A DNA stretch of 64,000 bases from Ignavibacteriales bacterium. Lineage in GTDB: Bacteria > Bacillota > Sulfobacillia > JABLXB01. The notes beneath the pieces are model-generated. The model saw nothing but the letters and a program-made list of their open reading frames with translations. It was not told the DNA's origin and made no database searches. Numbering within the stretch: the stretch's first letter is position 1; every line of letters begins with the position of its first letter. This document shows, in pieces, positions 62,767 to 64,000 of the stretch. The position numbers and the translations under genes are program-made. The stretch lies in NCBI GenBank assembly GCA_050260105.1, contig JBLNBR010000013.1, forward strand, positions 50,129-114,128, given 5' to 3'.

Positions 62767-64000
62767 GTGCGCCCGGCAGGGCGCGTTCACTAGTGGGTGA
62801 GAGTCCCACACAGGCCCGACAGGGGGAACTGTTAGCCGGACGGCAAGGGTGTCCACTGTGAGGTGGAATCTGGAGGAAGCCGCAGGCAAAGCGCTGGCCT
62901 GACGAACAGGAATCGCATACGAGGCGGCCACGCTGGGTGAGGAGGCAAATATCTTCAAAGCCCGATACCTGTACGGAAAGCGTGGACGTAGATGCGGCGG
63001 GCATAAGCGTGAAGGTGGACGCGCAATACCCGGGGAGGCCTGCCAGCTGGCCAAGGGCTATGGTCGTCGAGAGGCGGCGAGATAGGCTGGCAGGAGTCAG
63101 CAGAGGGCGTAGTAAGTCCATCGACCGGACCGAAGGCCCGAACATGAAGCATGGGATGGGGGACTTGAATTCCGATGGCGACAGGAGACGCAGACAGTAT
63201 GGCTGAGATGCCCGAATCCCGCCCTGAGGGTAGCGGACGGAATCCGCGAGAGCAAGGGATGGGTGCGTCAAGCGCCACGGCAATGGGAGGGACCTCCCAA
63301 CCGGAAGCGGAGCGGATGATGGAAGCGGTGGTCGAACGCGAGAACATGATAGCGGCGTGGAAGCGAGTGAAGGCGAACAAAGGGGCGGCGGGGGTAGACG
63401 GGATGACCGTGGACCAACTGACGCCATACCTTCGCGAGCACTGGCCGCGAATCAGGGAAGAACTGTTGGCGGGGCGGTGCGTACCGTCACCCGTACGGGG
63501 TGTAGAGATACCGAAGCCCGGCGGGAGAGGGATGCGGAAGTTAGGCATACCGACGGTGTTGGACCGGCTGATACAACAGGCGCTGCAGCAGGTTTTGACG
63601 CCCATCTTTGACCCCGGGTTTTCGGAATCGAGTTACGGATTCCGGCCTGGCCGTGGCGCGCACCAAGCGATACTCAAGGCGCGGTCATACGTAGCGGAGG
63701 GTAGGCGCTGGGTGGTCGATCTCGATCTGGCTCAATTCTTTGACCGAGTGAACCACGACATCCTGATGGCGAGGGTGGCGCGGAAGGTCAAGGACAAGCG
63801 GGTGTTACGGCTCATCCGCCGGTATCTTCAGGCGGGGATGATGGAAGGGGGTCTAGAGTCGGCGCGCCGAGAGGGCACACCGCAGGGCGGGCCGTTATCG
63901 CCACTTCTATCGAATATCCTGCTTGACGATCTTGACAAGGAACTGGAGAGGCGAGGGCATGCGTTCTGCCGGTACGCCGATGATGCGAACGTGTACGTAC
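62767..64000 (+). mobile_element. Group II intron (5' part; continues beyond the window end), bacterial terminator-targeting (class C-like) insertion
   Basis: Begins GTGCGCCCGGCAGGGCG, which matches the GUGYG + CCnnnAGGG 5' consensus of group II introns (compare Ll.LtrB GUGCGCCCAGAUAGGGUG). About 430 nt of structured RNA precedes the intron-encoded RT ORF. It sits immediately 3' of an intrinsic terminator. Confidence 0.75.
63199..64000 (+). CDS. Group II intron-encoded reverse transcriptase/maturase (partial; runs off the window)
   Basis: ATG at about 63199. RT domain 0-5 motifs: [75 protein letters not shown], and the YADDANV (YADD) catalytic box. Absent from the ORF track because there is no stop within the window. 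Confidence 0.85.
   Translation, partial: MAEMPESRPEGSGRNPREQGMGASSATAMGGTSQPEAERMMEAVVERENMIAAWKRVKANKGAAGVDGMTVDQLTPYLREHWPRIREELLAGRCVPSPVRGVEIPKPGGRGMRKLGIPTVLDRLIQQALQQVLTPIFDPGFSESSYGFRPGRGAHQAILKARSYVAEGRRWVVDLDLAQFFDRVNHDILMARVARKVKDKRVLRLIRRYLQAGMMEGGLESARREGTPQGGPLSPLLSNILLDDLDKELERRGHAFCRYADDANVYV

Noticed and set aside
63357-63611. 84-aa ORF inside the intron RT region
   Set aside because: Alternate frame of the well-supported reverse-transcriptase reading frame.

Overview
This is a high-GC (about 65-68%) bacterial chromosomal segment whose gene content looks like an anaerobic, Clostridia-like Firmicute. That lineage call is inference from gene content only. Most of the window is densely packed core metabolism with many stop/start overlaps (ATGA, GTGA). 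In order, it contains: a CheW fragment; cca; an SDH-family protease; guaB; two methyl-accepting chemotaxis proteins, one of them a soluble diacid-sensor fusion; a gabT-like aminotransferase divergent from hbd-crt; a complete Pho module (phoP-phoR-pstSCAB-phoU) on the minus strand; a LysM/peptidoglycan-binding protein; a molybdopterin operon (small Cys ORF, moeA, a MoeA-PBP fusion, moaA, moaC, mog/moaB); a large HhH membrane protein; hpt-guaA; a glycyl-radical enzyme with its activase; a roughly 2.4 kb island of clearly lower GC carrying an HTH-ImmA/IrrE metallopeptidase gene directly followed by a DUF4411 (PIN-like) gene; the full purEBCSQLFMNHD operon; queT; a DMT transporter; a csoR-like repressor with an RseC-like protein; an XPB/ERCC3 helicase with its conserved partner gene; pcrA-ligA-gatCAB; a long structured leader upstream of a ferredoxin-domain gene and a tungsten-type aldehyde:ferredoxin oxidoreductase; and a group II intron inserted right after that operon's intrinsic terminator, running off the window end. 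No rRNA, tRNA or CRISPR array was found by eye. The most promising candidate for a new system is the low-GC HTH-ImmA + DUF4411 pair, a likely horizontally acquired toxin-antitoxin or abortive-infection-like module. Other notable items are two candidate riboswitch-like leaders (upstream of the molybdopterin operon and of the AOR operon), the terminator-targeted intron, the Diacid_rec-MCP chemoreceptor and the XPB-partner pair. Coordinates that I derived by counting bases myself (motifs, refined starts) may be off by 1-2 nt.
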